Positions 49,155 to 59,926 of a stretch of 64,000 bases of DNA are shown piece by piece. The position numbers and the translations under genes are program-made. Within the stretch, counting starts at the first letter, position 1, and each line of letters begins with the position of its first letter. The DNA is from Patescibacteria group bacterium (GTDB taxonomy: Bacteria; Patescibacteriota; Minisyncoccia; UBA6257; GWB1-50-10): positions 1 through 64,000 of the forward strand of contig JBBTQX010000008.1 in assembly GCA_038065455.1 (NCBI GenBank), written 5' to 3'. Under the pieces are notes generated by a model. The model was given only the letters and a program-made list of their open reading frames with translations. It ran no database searches and had not been told where the DNA came from.

Positions 49155-50885
49155 TTATTCCGTCTCTCTCAAGACTTCTTCCAGTATAACCTCACCTGCC
49201 AATGCTTTCAAAATGCCGTCTTGGCGCAAAGTCACCATTCCCTGGCGCTTTGCCTCATCTACAAGCGCGCTTTCCGAAAAACCTTTATTAATTACATCGC
49301 TCAATTCCCGAGTCATTTTGAATATTTCGAAGATTGCCACCCGGCCGGACGTTCCTTTGCCTTTGCAGGTTTTGCAATTTAAATCATTGCCCGCCCGCCA
49401 AACGGCGAACGGCGCTTTTCCTTTGACGGCGGCGCGGAGAATTTCCGGCAATTTTTCCGTTTCTTCCTTGATTATTTTTTGGAGTTCGGCGGATGGAACG
49501 GCTTCTTTTTTGCAATCGGGACAGAGCCGGGAAACCAGGCGCTGGGCCAGCATCAAATTCAAGGATGATGAAAGGAGGAAATTCGGCACGCCCAAATCAA
49601 CAAGCCTAGGAATGACTCCGATGGCATTATTCGTATGGAGCGTCGAGAGCATCAAATGGCCGGTTAAAGCGGCGTTCACCGCCAAGCTCGCTGTTTCGGA
49701 ATCGCGAATCTCGCCGACCATCACGATATCGGGATCCTGCCGCAATATTTGGCGCAAACCGGACGAAAAATCATAGCCGATTTCCGGCTTCACCTGCGAC
49801 TGGTTCACGCCTTCCATAAAATATTCCACCGGATCTTCGAGCGTGAGAATATTCACCCGATCGGAATTCAATCTCTGCATCATGGCGTAAAGGGTCGTGC
49901 TTTTTCCGGAACCGGTGGGACCCGTGATTAATATCATTCCGAAAGGCGATTCCGCGGCGGCATCCAAAAGCCGAAAATTATATTCGTTTAATCCCAACTC
50001 CTTAAGACCCTTGAGGCCGGTTACGGGGTCCAAAACCCGGATGGCTACCTTCTCACCGTTGGGCGTGGGGAAAGTGGCGACGCGGAAATCGATATCCCGC
50101 CCGGAAATAACGGCCCGGAAACGGCCATCCTGGGGTTTTCTCGTTTCATCTAATCTCAATCTCGAAAGCACTTTCACTCTGGAGACAATCGGCTGATTCA
50201 AAGTCGAAGGCAAAGAAGCCGCCTCTTCAAGCTCTCCGTCTACGCGAAAACGAATCCGCAAGCGGGCGCGCTGGGGCTCAATATGAATATCCGATGCCTT
50301 GAGTTCCACCGCTTCCCTTAAAGTCGATGCCACTACTTTTATAATCGGGGCGTCTTCCGCCGTTTGAGCCCCTTCTTCCAAAACCACCAGCAATTCATCC
50401 CGATTGCGGCTTTCTCCGATATCCTTGACGGCCGCTTCTATTTCCGTCCGATAAGGAGCATAGAGCCGCCAGACGAGCGCGAGATCGCCGGGGGTCACGA
50501 TATAAACCCCTAAGCTCAAGCGCTCCCGTTTTGCGATGAATCTCAGGGCTTCTTGCGCCCGAACGTCGTCGGGCCTCAGCATCCCCACAATAAAAATGTC
50601 TTTCCTCTTTTCGAGGGGAATGACGCGGTAAGCCCGGGAGGTTTCCTGAGGAATGAGCGAAAGAAGCTCGAGCGGAATGGCCGCCGAATCAACTTTCTTG
50701 TATGGAATTTTCAGAAGCTCGCTCTTTGTTTCGGCCGCGGCAACTTCATCAACCAATCGTTCTTCATAAAGAATGTCCTCCGGAAGGCGACCCCGCGCTC
50801 CGGCTTCTTTTAAAGCTTTATCCCCGATAGATTGGGAAAGCAGTCCTTTTTTGACTAACGCCTGGATAAATATTTGGTCGGTCAT
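49155..50885 (-). CDS. pilB: Type IV pilus assembly ATPase (GspE/PilB)
   Basis: ASDIHIEP, GPTGSGKST, TGHL, AQRL, Zn cysteines. Confidence 0.93.
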   Translation of the reverse strand: MTDQIFIQALVKKGLLSQSIGDKALKEAGARGRLPEDILYEERLVDEVAAAETKSELLKIPYKKVDSAAIPLELLSLIPQETSRAYRVIPLEKRKDIFIVGMLRPDDVRAQEALRFIAKRERLSLGVYIVTPGDLALVWRLYAPYRTEIEAAVKDIGESRNRDELLVVLEEGAQTAEDAPIIKVVASTLREAVELKASDIHIEPQRARLRIRFRVDGELEEAASLPSTLNQPIVSRVKVLSRLRLDETRKPQDGRFRAVISGRDIDFRVATFPTPNGEKVAIRVLDPVTGLKGLKELGLNEYNFRLLDAAAESPFGMILITGPTGSGKSTTLYAMMQRLNSDRVNILTLEDPVEYFMEGVNQSQVKPEIGYDFSSGLRQILRQDPDIVMVGEIRDSETASLAVNAALTGHLMLSTLHTNNAIGVIPRLVDLGVPNFLLSSSLNLMLAQRLVSRLCPDCKKEAVPSAELQKIIKEETEKLPEILRAAVKGKAPFAVWRAGNDLNCKTCKGKGTSGRVAIFEIFKMTRELSDVINKGFSESALVDEAKRQGMVTLRQDGILKALAGEVILEEVLRETE

Positions 50886-50893
50886 ATGTTTAT

Positions 50894-50959
50894 CTACGAA
50901 TTACGAATCTTTTACGAATATACGAATTCGTATATTCGCGCGTTATTCGTAATTCGTAG
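50894..50959. repeat. TACGAAT heptamer array arranged as an inverted repeat
   Basis: CTACGAATTACGAAT...ATTCGTAATTCGTAG. Confidence 0.7.
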
Positions 50960-50964
50960 CTATT

Positions 50965-51255
50965 TTAATATGGCAAAAATGGATTGGAACGCCCCGGAGT
51001 GGGAATCTCTAATGACGCGCCGTAGTTATTCGTGAAATATTTATTGAGGGAATTCACGACCGGCGCGGGGTCCACCTGCACCTGGGAAAGCTGATTAATG
51101 TTTGAAAGACTGCCCGGCACCACGACATCAATAAGTTCGGGTTTTTTGAAAAAAATGAAATACAAAACCAGAAAAACTATTCCGATTACCGACGCAATGA
51201 CGATAATATTGAACCAATTGACCGGCTTTTTATCTTGTTCGATTATAATGGCCAT
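50965..51255 (-). CDS. Small membrane protein of pil operon (PilP-like position)
   Basis: TM helix; C-terminal GRSNPF. Confidence 0.7.
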   Translation of the reverse strand: MAIIIEQDKKPVNWFNIIVIASVIGIVFLVLYFIFFKKPELIDVVVPGSLSNINQLSQVQVDPAPVVNSLNKYFTNNYGASLEIPTPGRSNPFLPY

Positions 51256-51270
51256 TTTATTTTTACCTGG

Positions 51271-51876
51271 TTAATTTTCCTGATAGAACGCGACGACGTT
51301 CAGTTCCAAAGAATAGGTCGGATTTCTGCCCAAACCTGCCTGCGCAGGCAGGCCCGTTTGGCTTCCCGGAGTAGTCCGAAAAGTAAATGAGGTAACGTTC
51401 ATCACCCGCGCGTTCGTCTCTATCGAATTCAGGAATTGCTTGAGCGCGCCATAGCCGCCCGTAGCACTCACCTTGGTCGGAATATTCTGGAGCTTTTTGA
51501 CCAAAGATTGGGCAACAACTTTCTGCTTGGATATCTTGTCGGATTGGATGTCGAGCGACTGCAGATTCACCTGGTTTGCGACCGAGATCGCCTGCCACTG
51601 ATTAAGGGCCTGAGTGGTATTCGGCCCGATAGGCACGGCAAGACCGACTGTTTCCTGAAGTTTGGCGGCGGATTTAAATTGACTGATAAGGCTGGCTACT
51701 TGAGCAACAGCCGCTTTCTGACTGTTATAGAGATTTATTTTTGAAGCAACAACTGATTGGAGCGCGCTTGAAGCCGTAATCTCCGGTTGAATCAGGCTCC
51801 CGTAAACGACGAGCGTCGCCATCAGAAAGAAGGCCGAGAGGAGGATGCTTAAAATTCTTTTGCTGGAAGTTTTCAT
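51271..51876 (-). CDS. pilO: PilO-like protein
   Basis: TM, coiled coil, G.Y..LKQFL..IE...R. Confidence 0.7.
   Translation of the reverse strand: MKTSSKRILSILLSAFFLMATLVVYGSLIQPEITASSALQSVVASKINLYNSQKAAVAQVASLISQFKSAAKLQETVGLAVPIGPNTTQALNQWQAISVANQVNLQSLDIQSDKISKQKVVAQSLVKKLQNIPTKVSATGGYGALKQFLNSIETNARVMNVTSFTFRTTPGSQTGLPAQAGLGRNPTYSLELNVVAFYQEN
51335..51352. repeat. 18-bp perfect palindrome in frame in pilO
   Basis: CCTGCCTGCGCAGGCAGG (LPAQAG). Confidence 0.75.
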
Positions 51877-51880
51877 TTTC

Positions 51881-52438
51881 CTATATTGGCTTAGCTAGAT
51901 ATTCCGGTTGGAAATTCAACGATACCGAAAAATCCACCGTCCCGCTCGGATTGAAATTAGTGGATTCAAGCATTGCGGAGTGAACTTCCGGTGCTTTTTC
52001 GAATTGCGCCAGTTGCTGAGCGAGCGCTTGAAGGGAAGGTGCCCGACCATTTAGTTCCAAATTATACGAGATAGAATTGAAATTTGCCTCCGTAAAGAAA
52101 GTTTGCGGCAAAGTGTTTTTTTCGAGGAAGGGGAAAATATTCGCCGAGAATATATGCTGACCAAGAACAGTCTTTAAATTCGCAATTTGGGAATAGAAGC
52201 CGACGAATTTCTGCTGTTCTTTTTGGCTGATGGAATTTGAAAGCTCTTCGAGTTGAGTATCCATACCCGCGGACCTGGTGTTTAAATAAGATTCGTATCC
52301 GATACTCATTCCAAAATAAATAAGGATGGAAAGAGCGAAAAGCACTCCGGAAAAAACCATCAGACGCCAAGGCAGGCCGATAGATGTGGTCTCCGAGACG
52401 AATTGTTCATTTAGGCTTTTGGGTTGTCCTTCTGGCAT
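51881..52438 (-). CDS. pilN: PilN-like protein
   Basis: TM plus ferredoxin-like C-terminus, between pilM and pilO. Confidence 0.7.
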   Translation of the reverse strand: MPEGQPKSLNEQFVSETTSIGLPWRLMVFSGVLFALSILIYFGMSIGYESYLNTRSAGMDTQLEELSNSISQKEQQKFVGFYSQIANLKTVLGQHIFSANIFPFLEKNTLPQTFFTEANFNSISYNLELNGRAPSLQALAQQLAQFEKAPEVHSAMLESTNFNPSGTVDFSVSLNFQPEYLAKPI

Positions 52439-52448
52439 ATGTTTATTT

Positions 52449-53549
52449 TTATTGAGCGAAATATCTTTCGGCTAACCCGATTGCGACCGGCAATTCATTG
52501 TTTAATTTTTCGATTACCGGTTCCAATTTAATGTCGTAACCGACATTTCGAAAAAGATTCTGGCTGATAATCGGCACGCTTATTTGGGAACCAAAATGTT
52601 CCGTTATCCCAAGCAGATTCGCTCCGCCGCCTATGAGCGAAACTTTTTCCACCTTCTTTCCGTAACGCCGTTCGTAAGCGTCTTTAGCGTGATTCACCTC
52701 CTGTATTATAACATCCAAGAACGGTTGGGTTAAAGTTGATAACTCCGATTCTGCTCCGCCCGAGAGAAGCCCCCGTCGGCGTTTCAATTCCTCCGCCCGC
52801 GCCACGCTTATGCCGAGACTCCGCGCAATCGCCTGCGTGAGATAAATGCCGCCGTAATCCGTCTGACCGGAATAAAAAATATCGGCGCCTTCGCTTAAAA
52901 AAATATTGGTCGTTTCCGCGCCCAAATCCACAAAAAGCGTCGGCTTTTCCGCCGGAAGCGAGCGAATAATAGACAAACCGTCCATCTCCAAAGCGACAAG
53001 TTTGAGTCCCGCTTCCCTGAAAATAGTTTTGTATCTTTGAATAATTTCCTTGGGAATGCCGATGAGAAATATTCTTTGGTAACGGACGCGGTCGGCATTG
53101 TCATATTCCCCCGCTTTCACCCAATCCAAAATCACCTCGCTCATCGGAAGCGGAATATATTGGGGCGCCTGAAACTCCACCGCCTTGCGGGTTTCTTCCG
53201 GAGAAAGAACCGGCATATCGAGCATTGTCGTAAAAGCGGTAAAAGCCGGAATAGACCCGACGGCGATGCGCGACTTTGTTTTCATTTCCCGCAGGAGGAT
53301 TTTGAGCGTTTCCGCCGTCTCTTTCTCGGAAATCTTGAGTGAACTGGATTGAATAACCTGATTCGGATGAGCTAGATAATCTTTGGTTTCCAGAATACCG
53401 TAATTTATTAGAACCGGGCGCTCTTCTTTCCGGGAAAGTTCTGCTATCTTTATTGAAGTAGTACCGATATCGACACCTAGAACCGACCGGCCCCCAAAAA
53501 AATTGCCGATATCCGCGAAAAAATTGGAGATAGGATTTAAAAATTTCAT
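52449..53549 (-). CDS. pilM: Type IV pilus assembly protein PilM
   Basis: GVDIGTTSIK, DLGAETT, IGGGA. Confidence 0.9.
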   Translation of the reverse strand: MKFLNPISNFFADIGNFFGGRSVLGVDIGTTSIKIAELSRKEERPVLINYGILETKDYLAHPNQVIQSSSLKISEKETAETLKILLREMKTKSRIAVGSIPAFTAFTTMLDMPVLSPEETRKAVEFQAPQYIPLPMSEVILDWVKAGEYDNADRVRYQRIFLIGIPKEIIQRYKTIFREAGLKLVALEMDGLSIIRSLPAEKPTLFVDLGAETTNIFLSEGADIFYSGQTDYGGIYLTQAIARSLGISVARAEELKRRRGLLSGGAESELSTLTQPFLDVIIQEVNHAKDAYERRYGKKVEKVSLIGGGANLLGITEHFGSQISVPIISQNLFRNVGYDIKLEPVIEKLNNELPVAIGLAERYFAQ

Positions 53550-53557
53550 TCTATTTT

Positions 53558-54298
53558 ATGAGTTTATCACAATATCTCCTTAACATCATCTTCCCGCCCA
53601 TCTGCCTCTCCTGCAAAAAATATATCGTTCCCGATAAAGAGAAGAAATTCCTTGTTTGCCCGGATTGTCTTTCCAAACTCTCCTTTATGCCGGGTTTTTT
53701 GTGCCCCGTCTGTTTCAGAAGATTGCCCGAAGGGAAAATTCCTCCAGCCGGCGGATGTCATTCCGACTCCCAGTTTATACTTGCCACTCCTCTCAAATAT
53801 TCCGATCCAACGACTCGGGAACTTATCCATATGTTCAAATATGCCAAGCTCAAAGCCGCCGCCGAGCCGCTCGTCTCCATTCTCGGGGATTATTTGAATT
53901 CGTCCATTTGTAATTTGTCATTAGACATTAGGAATTTTGTTTTTATTCCCATTCCATTACATCCGAAAAAACAAAGGGAACGCGGTTTTAACCAGGCGCT
54001 CGTCATTGCCGAAGGATTGAAAACTCGACTGAATATCTTTCGGGAGGTTCCCATTATTTCCAACACGCTTTTCAAAAAAGAATCGACCAATTCCCAGACC
54101 GAACAGAAAGATTACGCGTCGCGGGAGAATAATGTCCGCGGCGGCTTCGGCCTGAGAAATCCGGAACTCGTTGTTGAAAAGAATGTTTTTATTGTTGACG
54201 ATGTTTTCACTTCCGGCGCCACGATGCGGGAGGCCGTCCGAGTTTTGAAATCCGCCGGCGCGAAAAAGATTGTCGCGATTACTATCGCAAAGGCGTAG
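53558..54298 (+). CDS. comF: ComF family competence protein
   Basis: Zn ribbon, ERGFNQA, VDDVFTSGAT. Confidence 0.9.
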   Translation: MSLSQYLLNIIFPPICLSCKKYIVPDKEKKFLVCPDCLSKLSFMPGFLCPVCFRRLPEGKIPPAGGCHSDSQFILATPLKYSDPTTRELIHMFKYAKLKAAAEPLVSILGDYLNSSICNLSLDIRNFVFIPIPLHPKKQRERGFNQALVIAEGLKTRLNIFREVPIISNTLFKKESTNSQTEQKDYASRENNVRGGFGLRNPELVVEKNVFIVDDVFTSGATMREAVRVLKSAGAKKIVAITIAKA

Positions 54299-54310
54299 GG
54301 GATTTTAATC

Positions 54311-56734
54311 TTATCGCTCTCTAAAGATACGGCGCCTAAGAAGAGGGGTACTGTCAGCCGAAATTGTTTTTTCCGCTACACAGGAATTCCCATCCGAATC
54401 GGTTACCGTGAGCGAAACATCTAATGGCATCTTTTTAACGGTTTCTTTCGTCGGAGTAACCGAGGGGTTTTTTGGCTCGGCATCAAGAAATTCCCAAAAA
54501 ATGCTCCCGGGCGTACTGGAACGATAATCCGTAGTATTGGTAAATGTTACGACTGATTCTTTCGCAAATTTAAGGGGCGTCCAAGTAAAATCTACTAACG
54601 GATAATAACGCGCCGGAGTTGTCATTGTTGCGGGGTTGGCAGAATCTTCCCAATCGGAGAATCCGGCGATGCCGTCCGAAGCCTGAACCGACACAAAAAA
54701 TTCCGTACTGGCTCCTATATTGGCTATCGGGTTGTTTAACCTTCCAAACCGGTCGCTCCCTACTGAAACGGTGTCAATCGTCAAATTGTCGGAAGATTTA
54801 ATTATTTTTATATCGGCGGACGTTTGTGGGTTGCCATCCGGATCGGAATAATCCCAAGTTACCCGATAGAAAGGATTTGCTTGGCACCAAGCATCCGCCT
54901 CCCGGATAATCTGTACGTTAGAAACGACTGGCGGTTGATTTAAAATAACGGCGCTCACTGTGCAATTACTCGCTTTACTGACAGTACATTCCGGCTTGGT
55001 GAACGCCAGCCAGCCAACGATATCCCCGCCCCAGGCCGAACCTACAAAATTAATTGAATCAAAAGAAACTCCATATAAACTGCCGTCTGCCGCTGTTCCA
55101 CCCAAACTCACCCAGCCGTCCCAATTCGGATTGCCGGTATTTTTCGGCGCGAGAAAACGCGCCCAGCCGGTAACGGCGCCGGTATTAAGATCTTTTCTTG
55201 CTTCGCAAATCCCTGATGGACAGTCAGCTAAATCGCTCTTATTAAAAGAGAGCCAGCCATAATCTTCATTGCTATCAATCGCCGCCCAAGCGGAACCCGA
55301 GAAAAGCCCGGCGCGGTCAATCTGAACGCTGTATTGAGGATCGCCGGTATTCCATGCCGGAATTTGATAATCGGAATTGAAATTCACCCACCCAACGCCT
55401 TTTCCATCGATTGTCGCCCAAGCATTACCCCGAAGGGAAAGCGCCATATTCAGATTTACGGAAACTAGTGTGGAATATTCGGAGTAAGAACCGCCAAAAT
55501 CAGCTCTCACGCGATAGGTATATGTATGACCAAACGCCAAATTATCATCGAGATACTCCGCTCGAGCTTTAGCAGACGGCGGAAGAGCGATTTTCCCCGC
55601 CAGAGTTTCAGGGCCACCGCCAATAGACCGGTAAATATTGTAATTCCCAGAGTAGAGCGGATTCGGAAAAGTGTTATCCCAAGAAATTCTGACATTGCCC
55701 TTGGTTCCATTCACATAATAAATCTGGGCCGTCGGATTCTGGGGCGCATTCGCGATTGTAACGGAAGAAATATTTGAAAAATCGGAACAGCCGCCGCTTG
55801 TCGTACAACCCCGCACTTTATAGGAATACTTCTGATTGGTGATAATACTGGAATCTTCATAATGAATCGTTCCACCGTTAGCCGTTTTCCCAAGAAAATT
55901 GGGTGAACCACCGAAAGGAGCGCGATGAATCTCGTAGTAATCCTGACCGGTGCCCGCCGTCCAACTCAAATTAACTTGACTTGGCCGAAATTGGTAAGGC
56001 GCGATAAGATCGGTCGGTGTTGTCGGCACCCCGATAGGCGTTGAAGGAATTTTATCGGAATAAATTTTATCTCCAGTCGCGCAGCCGTAATCGCTTTCAA
56101 AACTCCTAACTTGGTAATAGTAAACGCCCGCCGGGCTAATATTCCCGGTATAGAAATAGTGTCCGTTAATATCTTTGTTGCCAACGAGAGAAGTATAAAA
56201 ATAAGTAAGATTTGAATCTGTCGTTCCGCGCCAAATTTCGAATCCGCCATACTGTGAGCTTGGCGGTGTTGCGTCATCCCAAATCAAATCAACTTGGCTG
56301 TCACCGCTCTTACCGGTTACAACAAGATTTGACGGATTAGTTGGTTTGGTTAAGATTATTGTTTTTATCGTCAACGGACTTGAATCAACCCAATTTGAAA
56401 CAGTTCCGTTGCTATTGTCCACCGCTTGAATGTGATATCGGTAATTCGAAAAGGAGTTGACGGGATTAATAGGTAAATTTAAATGTTCGGCGGTCAGGTT
56501 GGGCGTGGTCGCGACGGGTTTTACGCCGGTGTTGAAATCCCCAGCCGTCGTGTATTCGATAGAATAGGTAACGGTCGAAGGATTCCCATTCGCTTCCCAA
56601 TTCAAATCAATCGCGCAGGCTGATTTGGCAGTGATATTAAAACCCACCGGCGGCTGAACTGCCGCGGAAACTAAAGTCGCCGAGGAGACGAAAAATCCCG
56701 AGAATAAAAAGAGAAGTATCGCGCGCTTGCTCAT
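54311..56734 (-). CDS. Large secreted fibronectin type III repeat protein
   Basis: Signal peptide, several FN3-like repeats, W..xGW repeats, PKD-like end. Confidence 0.75.
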   Translation of the reverse strand: MSKRAILLFLFSGFFVSSATLVSAAVQPPVGFNITAKSACAIDLNWEANGNPSTVTYSIEYTTAGDFNTGVKPVATTPNLTAEHLNLPINPVNSFSNYRYHIQAVDNSNGTVSNWVDSSPLTIKTIILTKPTNPSNLVVTGKSGDSQVDLIWDDATPPSSQYGGFEIWRGTTDSNLTYFYTSLVGNKDINGHYFYTGNISPAGVYYYQVRSFESDYGCATGDKIYSDKIPSTPIGVPTTPTDLIAPYQFRPSQVNLSWTAGTGQDYYEIHRAPFGGSPNFLGKTANGGTIHYEDSSIITNQKYSYKVRGCTTSGGCSDFSNISSVTIANAPQNPTAQIYYVNGTKGNVRISWDNTFPNPLYSGNYNIYRSIGGGPETLAGKIALPPSAKARAEYLDDNLAFGHTYTYRVRADFGGSYSEYSTLVSVNLNMALSLRGNAWATIDGKGVGWVNFNSDYQIPAWNTGDPQYSVQIDRAGLFSGSAWAAIDSNEDYGWLSFNKSDLADCPSGICEARKDLNTGAVTGWARFLAPKNTGNPNWDGWVSLGGTAADGSLYGVSFDSINFVGSAWGGDIVGWLAFTKPECTVSKASNCTVSAVILNQPPVVSNVQIIREADAWCQANPFYRVTWDYSDPDGNPQTSADIKIIKSSDNLTIDTVSVGSDRFGRLNNPIANIGASTEFFVSVQASDGIAGFSDWEDSANPATMTTPARYYPLVDFTWTPLKFAKESVVTFTNTTDYRSSTPGSIFWEFLDAEPKNPSVTPTKETVKKMPLDVSLTVTDSDGNSCVAEKTISADSTPLLRRRIFRER

Positions 56735-56754
56735 TGAATTAATTATAGCAAAAT

Positions 56755-57816
56755 TCATGCCTTTTTGACGGAATAGTTTTCAGCGGCAAACTTATACTGT
56801 TCCAAAAAAATCTTCTTGAATGGCTGGATAGAATTCAATTCATAAAAGACGAGGGTTGCTTCCCGATAGTCGCTTTCTTCCACACTCCGGTAAGAAAGTG
56901 GCGCTAAATTATTAGCCAAAAGAATGGCATTCGCGATTAATCGTCCAGTACGCTTGTTGCCATCTTCAAAGGGCTGGATATAGCTTATGCCCAACAAAGC
57001 GAAAAAAGCTTTGGCATAAGGATCCTTCTGTTTCCCTATCGAGGCAATGAAAGACTCAACTGCCTCCTCTATCTGAAATCTGTTGTCCAGAGGCATGTAT
57101 TTGGATCCAGCAACTCCGACTGCGGAACTGCGCCAACCCGTCTTTACGTTCAAATTTTTAACCAAAAGCTTGTGAACTTCCCTCATATTAACCTTGGTCA
57201 GTTTCTTAAATTCCTTGACGTTATTAAAAACCAGGTTAAACGCTTCCTTATGATTCAATATCATTTGTGCTTCTTCTCTCCCGTGGCCAGCCGCTTTCTC
57301 TCCCCTAATCAAAAGTTTTTCCGTATCCAGCAAGGTATATGTATTACCTTCTATTTTGGAAGACTTCCAAGACAGTTCTATCACAAACCTTTCCAGTTCT
57401 TTTTTGGATATCGCAGGAGAAAGATTTTTTATTTTTTTCCCATACTCCAAAGTTTTAACCTCCAAGAGGTTCTTTTCTTCTTTTTGGAAAGGGTTAAGCT
57501 TAAAATATTCAAGCAGATTAAAATTGAACTTGGAATCGCCGAATCTCTTATCGGGTTCTCCGAAACAATATTCCTTTGCGTTAATCTCCGCGCTAAAGCG
57601 TCCTGGAACGGCTATTTTATAAACGGTGGATCTGCCGAATCCGGAAACCTCCAAAAACCCGACCCGACTCATCTCCGAAAGGCTTCTTTTTACCGTAACC
57701 AAAGATGTTTTCTCGCCGGATTTTAAAAGTAAGTCATGGACGCCGGATGATTGCTGATTTCCGTTCTTTAAAAACAGAAGAATTATCAACTGTTGGTTTT
57801 TGGTTAATTTATCCAT
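56755..57816 (-). CDS. Fic family protein with N-terminal wHTH
   Basis: SSKIEG, QPFEDGNKRTGR. Confidence 0.9.
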   Translation of the reverse strand: MDKLTKNQQLIILLFLKNGNQQSSGVHDLLLKSGEKTSLVTVKRSLSEMSRVGFLEVSGFGRSTVYKIAVPGRFSAEINAKEYCFGEPDKRFGDSKFNFNLLEYFKLNPFQKEEKNLLEVKTLEYGKKIKNLSPAISKKELERFVIELSWKSSKIEGNTYTLLDTEKLLIRGEKAAGHGREEAQMILNHKEAFNLVFNNVKEFKKLTKVNMREVHKLLVKNLNVKTGWRSSAVGVAGSKYMPLDNRFQIEEAVESFIASIGKQKDPYAKAFFALLGISYIQPFEDGNKRTGRLIANAILLANNLAPLSYRSVEESDYREATLVFYELNSIQPFKKIFLEQYKFAAENYSVKKA

Positions 57817-57839
57817 TTCTTTCGTATCTTTTTAACCAT

Positions 57840-57866
57840 ATAATCGTATCATATTGATACGATTAT
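57840..57866. promoter_or_regulatory. Palindromic operator upstream of Fic gene
   Basis: ATAATCGTATCA-TAT-TGATACGATTAT; second copy at 63058-63086. Confidence 0.65.
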
Positions 57867-57877
57867 TTAAAATGGGG

Positions 57878-58055
57878 TTAGAACTTATATGTTTTTTCCG
57901 ATCTTTTTTCCAGCGCGATGATAAAAATGCTGTTTTTGTCCGAAACGCGGAAGATAACACGCATATTCCCCTTTCTGACTCGGAATAAATCATCCCGCCC
58001 TTTGAGTTTTTTAATATCTAAGGTGGCAATATCGCTTTTATGGCAAAAAGTATAT
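57878..58055 (-). pseudogene. Truncated RelE-family toxin
   Basis: LDIKKLKGRDDLFRVRKGNMRVIFRVSDKNSIFIIALEKRSEKTYKF, paralogous to 63124-63363; no start codon. Confidence 0.75.
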
Positions 58056-58063
58056 CGTGATCT

Positions 58064-58819
58064 CTATGCAATTTGTCTTTTCATTTCGTCTTCGAGCATC
58101 CGGCTGAAATCCCGGATTATGGCCTGCTGATCGGCCGGCAGAAACGCCCCCAATTCTCCGTGAAAATCTATTTCTCTCGCGTTTTTTGTTATTTCATCCT
58201 TCACATCCGCCAACTTCCTTTTTTGTTCGGATGAAAGCATTCTCTTTCTCATCAAAAAATACAAATCATAAAAGTCGCGGGGCTTCTTCCGTTCCAAAAG
58301 AGCACCGAATATTTTTTCTTCAACCAGCTCCATTTGCGACAGATGAACCGCCGTATAGGGGGGAATGAAATCGCTTGCCACGCTGTCTATCTCGGCCTTG
58401 ATTTCCCTGCCATTTCGGGCGGAAACGTTTATTTCTACCCCCACCGGCGGATAGTCGAGCGCGCGGAGGGTCGCCAATCCGAAATAACCGCCGCTCGTCG
58501 TTCCGAAGCGTTCGCCGAGTTCCACGCGAACGCCAAAATTTTCCATGGTAGCCAGAATCTTGATAAATAAGCTTTCCACGAAATATTTCGTTTTATTCGA
58601 ATGAACCTGTGTCAGTGAAAAATCCAAATCCTCGGAAAAACGCGGACTGCCATAAATGATGCGTAGAGCCGTGCCGCCCTTGAAAAGCAATTTTTCCGAT
58701 TCCGGCAGTTTGTAAAGCTCGCTTAAAAAAATGTGCTGGAAATATTCCCGGATGATATTCGGAAAAACGCCTGTCTGGCATTGGGCGGCCAATTTTTCCA
58801 AACTTTCCGATGAAATCAT
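58064..58819 (-). CDS. abiEii: AbiEii nucleotidyltransferase toxin (type IV TA)
   Basis: FKGGTAL...RFSEDLDF, EK..A, PRDFYDL. Confidence 0.9.
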   Translation of the reverse strand: MISSESLEKLAAQCQTGVFPNIIREYFQHIFLSELYKLPESEKLLFKGGTALRIIYGSPRFSEDLDFSLTQVHSNKTKYFVESLFIKILATMENFGVRVELGERFGTTSGGYFGLATLRALDYPPVGVEINVSARNGREIKAEIDSVASDFIPPYTAVHLSQMELVEEKIFGALLERKKPRDFYDLYFLMRKRMLSSEQKRKLADVKDEITKNAREIDFHGELGAFLPADQQAIIRDFSRMLEDEMKRQIA

Positions 58820-59415
58820 TTTAGAGTCCTTTTTATAATACCTATAAGTTCCCGGTTTTGAAACAATGAGGCGTATTGAATCGCTTTATTCGGATTTATT
58901 CTTTCCTTATTGAACCGCGACAGCGGCTTCAATCTATCCAGCATCCTAAAGTAGTTGGTGTCAACGAAAGCTTTTTCCGGACTGGCGATGAAAAACCCCA
59001 TTCCTTTTTGTTTTACAATGCCATAGCCGGCGAACGCCGTTTTTTTCACTCGCCGATATGAATAAATCTTGCCTAGAATTTTGAAGCGCCGGGGATTTTT
59101 CGAGGTGATCGAGGTAATCTCGTAAACGTTTTCCGGAATGACGCGATGGTAAGACAAGGCCAATTCGAGAGAAATATAGGATGGTTCGCACATTTTGTTC
59201 GCGATGAAAAATTCCGTCGGCAAAGCGTCGGGGAAAGCGTAAATCCCCCGTTTCAACCGGACAATGAAGCCTTTCTTGGTATACCGATAAAGAAGGAAAC
59301 TGGCCGCAATTTTGGAACTCCCGAACAACCGGCAAACATCCAGAGCAGAGAAGACAAGTAGTTTTTTCCCTTTTATTTCCTTGTTAAAACTATGCCAATT
59401 CACTAATTTAGCCAT
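58816..59415 (-). CDS. abiEi: AbiEi antitoxin
   Basis: RLKRGIY, PSYISLE.ALSYH..IPE, A.PEKA..D. Confidence 0.88.
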   Translation of the reverse strand: MAKLVNWHSFNKEIKGKKLLVFSALDVCRLFGSSKIAASFLLYRYTKKGFIVRLKRGIYAFPDALPTEFFIANKMCEPSYISLELALSYHRVIPENVYEITSITSKNPRRFKILGKIYSYRRVKKTAFAGYGIVKQKGMGFFIASPEKAFVDTNYFRMLDRLKPLSRFNKERINPNKAIQYASLFQNRELIGIIKRTLK

Positions 59416-59657
59416 ATTGCTAACTTACTGGAATGACGTTAAAAAGTCAAGCAATTACCGAGATTAATGGTTGTTAATGGGTCAGCCACCATTGTTTGTT
59501 CTCGGTCTTCCTACCCCTCTTAATGTCTGTTCAAGGTCAAATTTTTTCACCGTACTGCCTATCCAATTATCACCGCCATAAGGATTCCCTTTATCTTACG
59601 AAGTCGGACTTCGTAAAATTCGATAAAATGGGTGGAAAAACAAGGAGAAGGGAAAGG

Positions 59658-59924
59658 ATGAAAATAAAATTTAATGACGGCTGGGCTTTTGCGATCGTGA
59701 ACGGCCGTTTGGCTGAAATTCACTTTGATAAAAAATACGGCCCTTGGGGCCATTGCTATGTTAATAAAGAAGAATATAAAACAAAGCGAGAACAAAAATG
59801 GATTAAAGAAGACACCCTAAAATATCAATTTTCTTATAGGAGCGGTTATTACTTTGATAAAATTAGGAAAATAAGATTTAAAATACCAAGCCGACAGAAA
59901 TTATTTTCTGATTCAATTTTGTAA
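59658..59924 (+). CDS. Hypothetical protein
   Basis: GGAAAGG before ATG; 88 aa. Confidence 0.6.
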   Translation: MKIKFNDGWAFAIVNGRLAEIHFDKKYGPWGHCYVNKEEYKTKREQKWIKEDTLKYQFSYRSGYYFDKIRKIRFKIPSRQKLFSDSIL

Positions 59925-59926
59925 GA

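Noticed and set aside
53739-53756. Possible degenerate palindromic insert in comF (IPPAGG)
   Set aside because: Too short and imperfect to support without an orthologue alignment.
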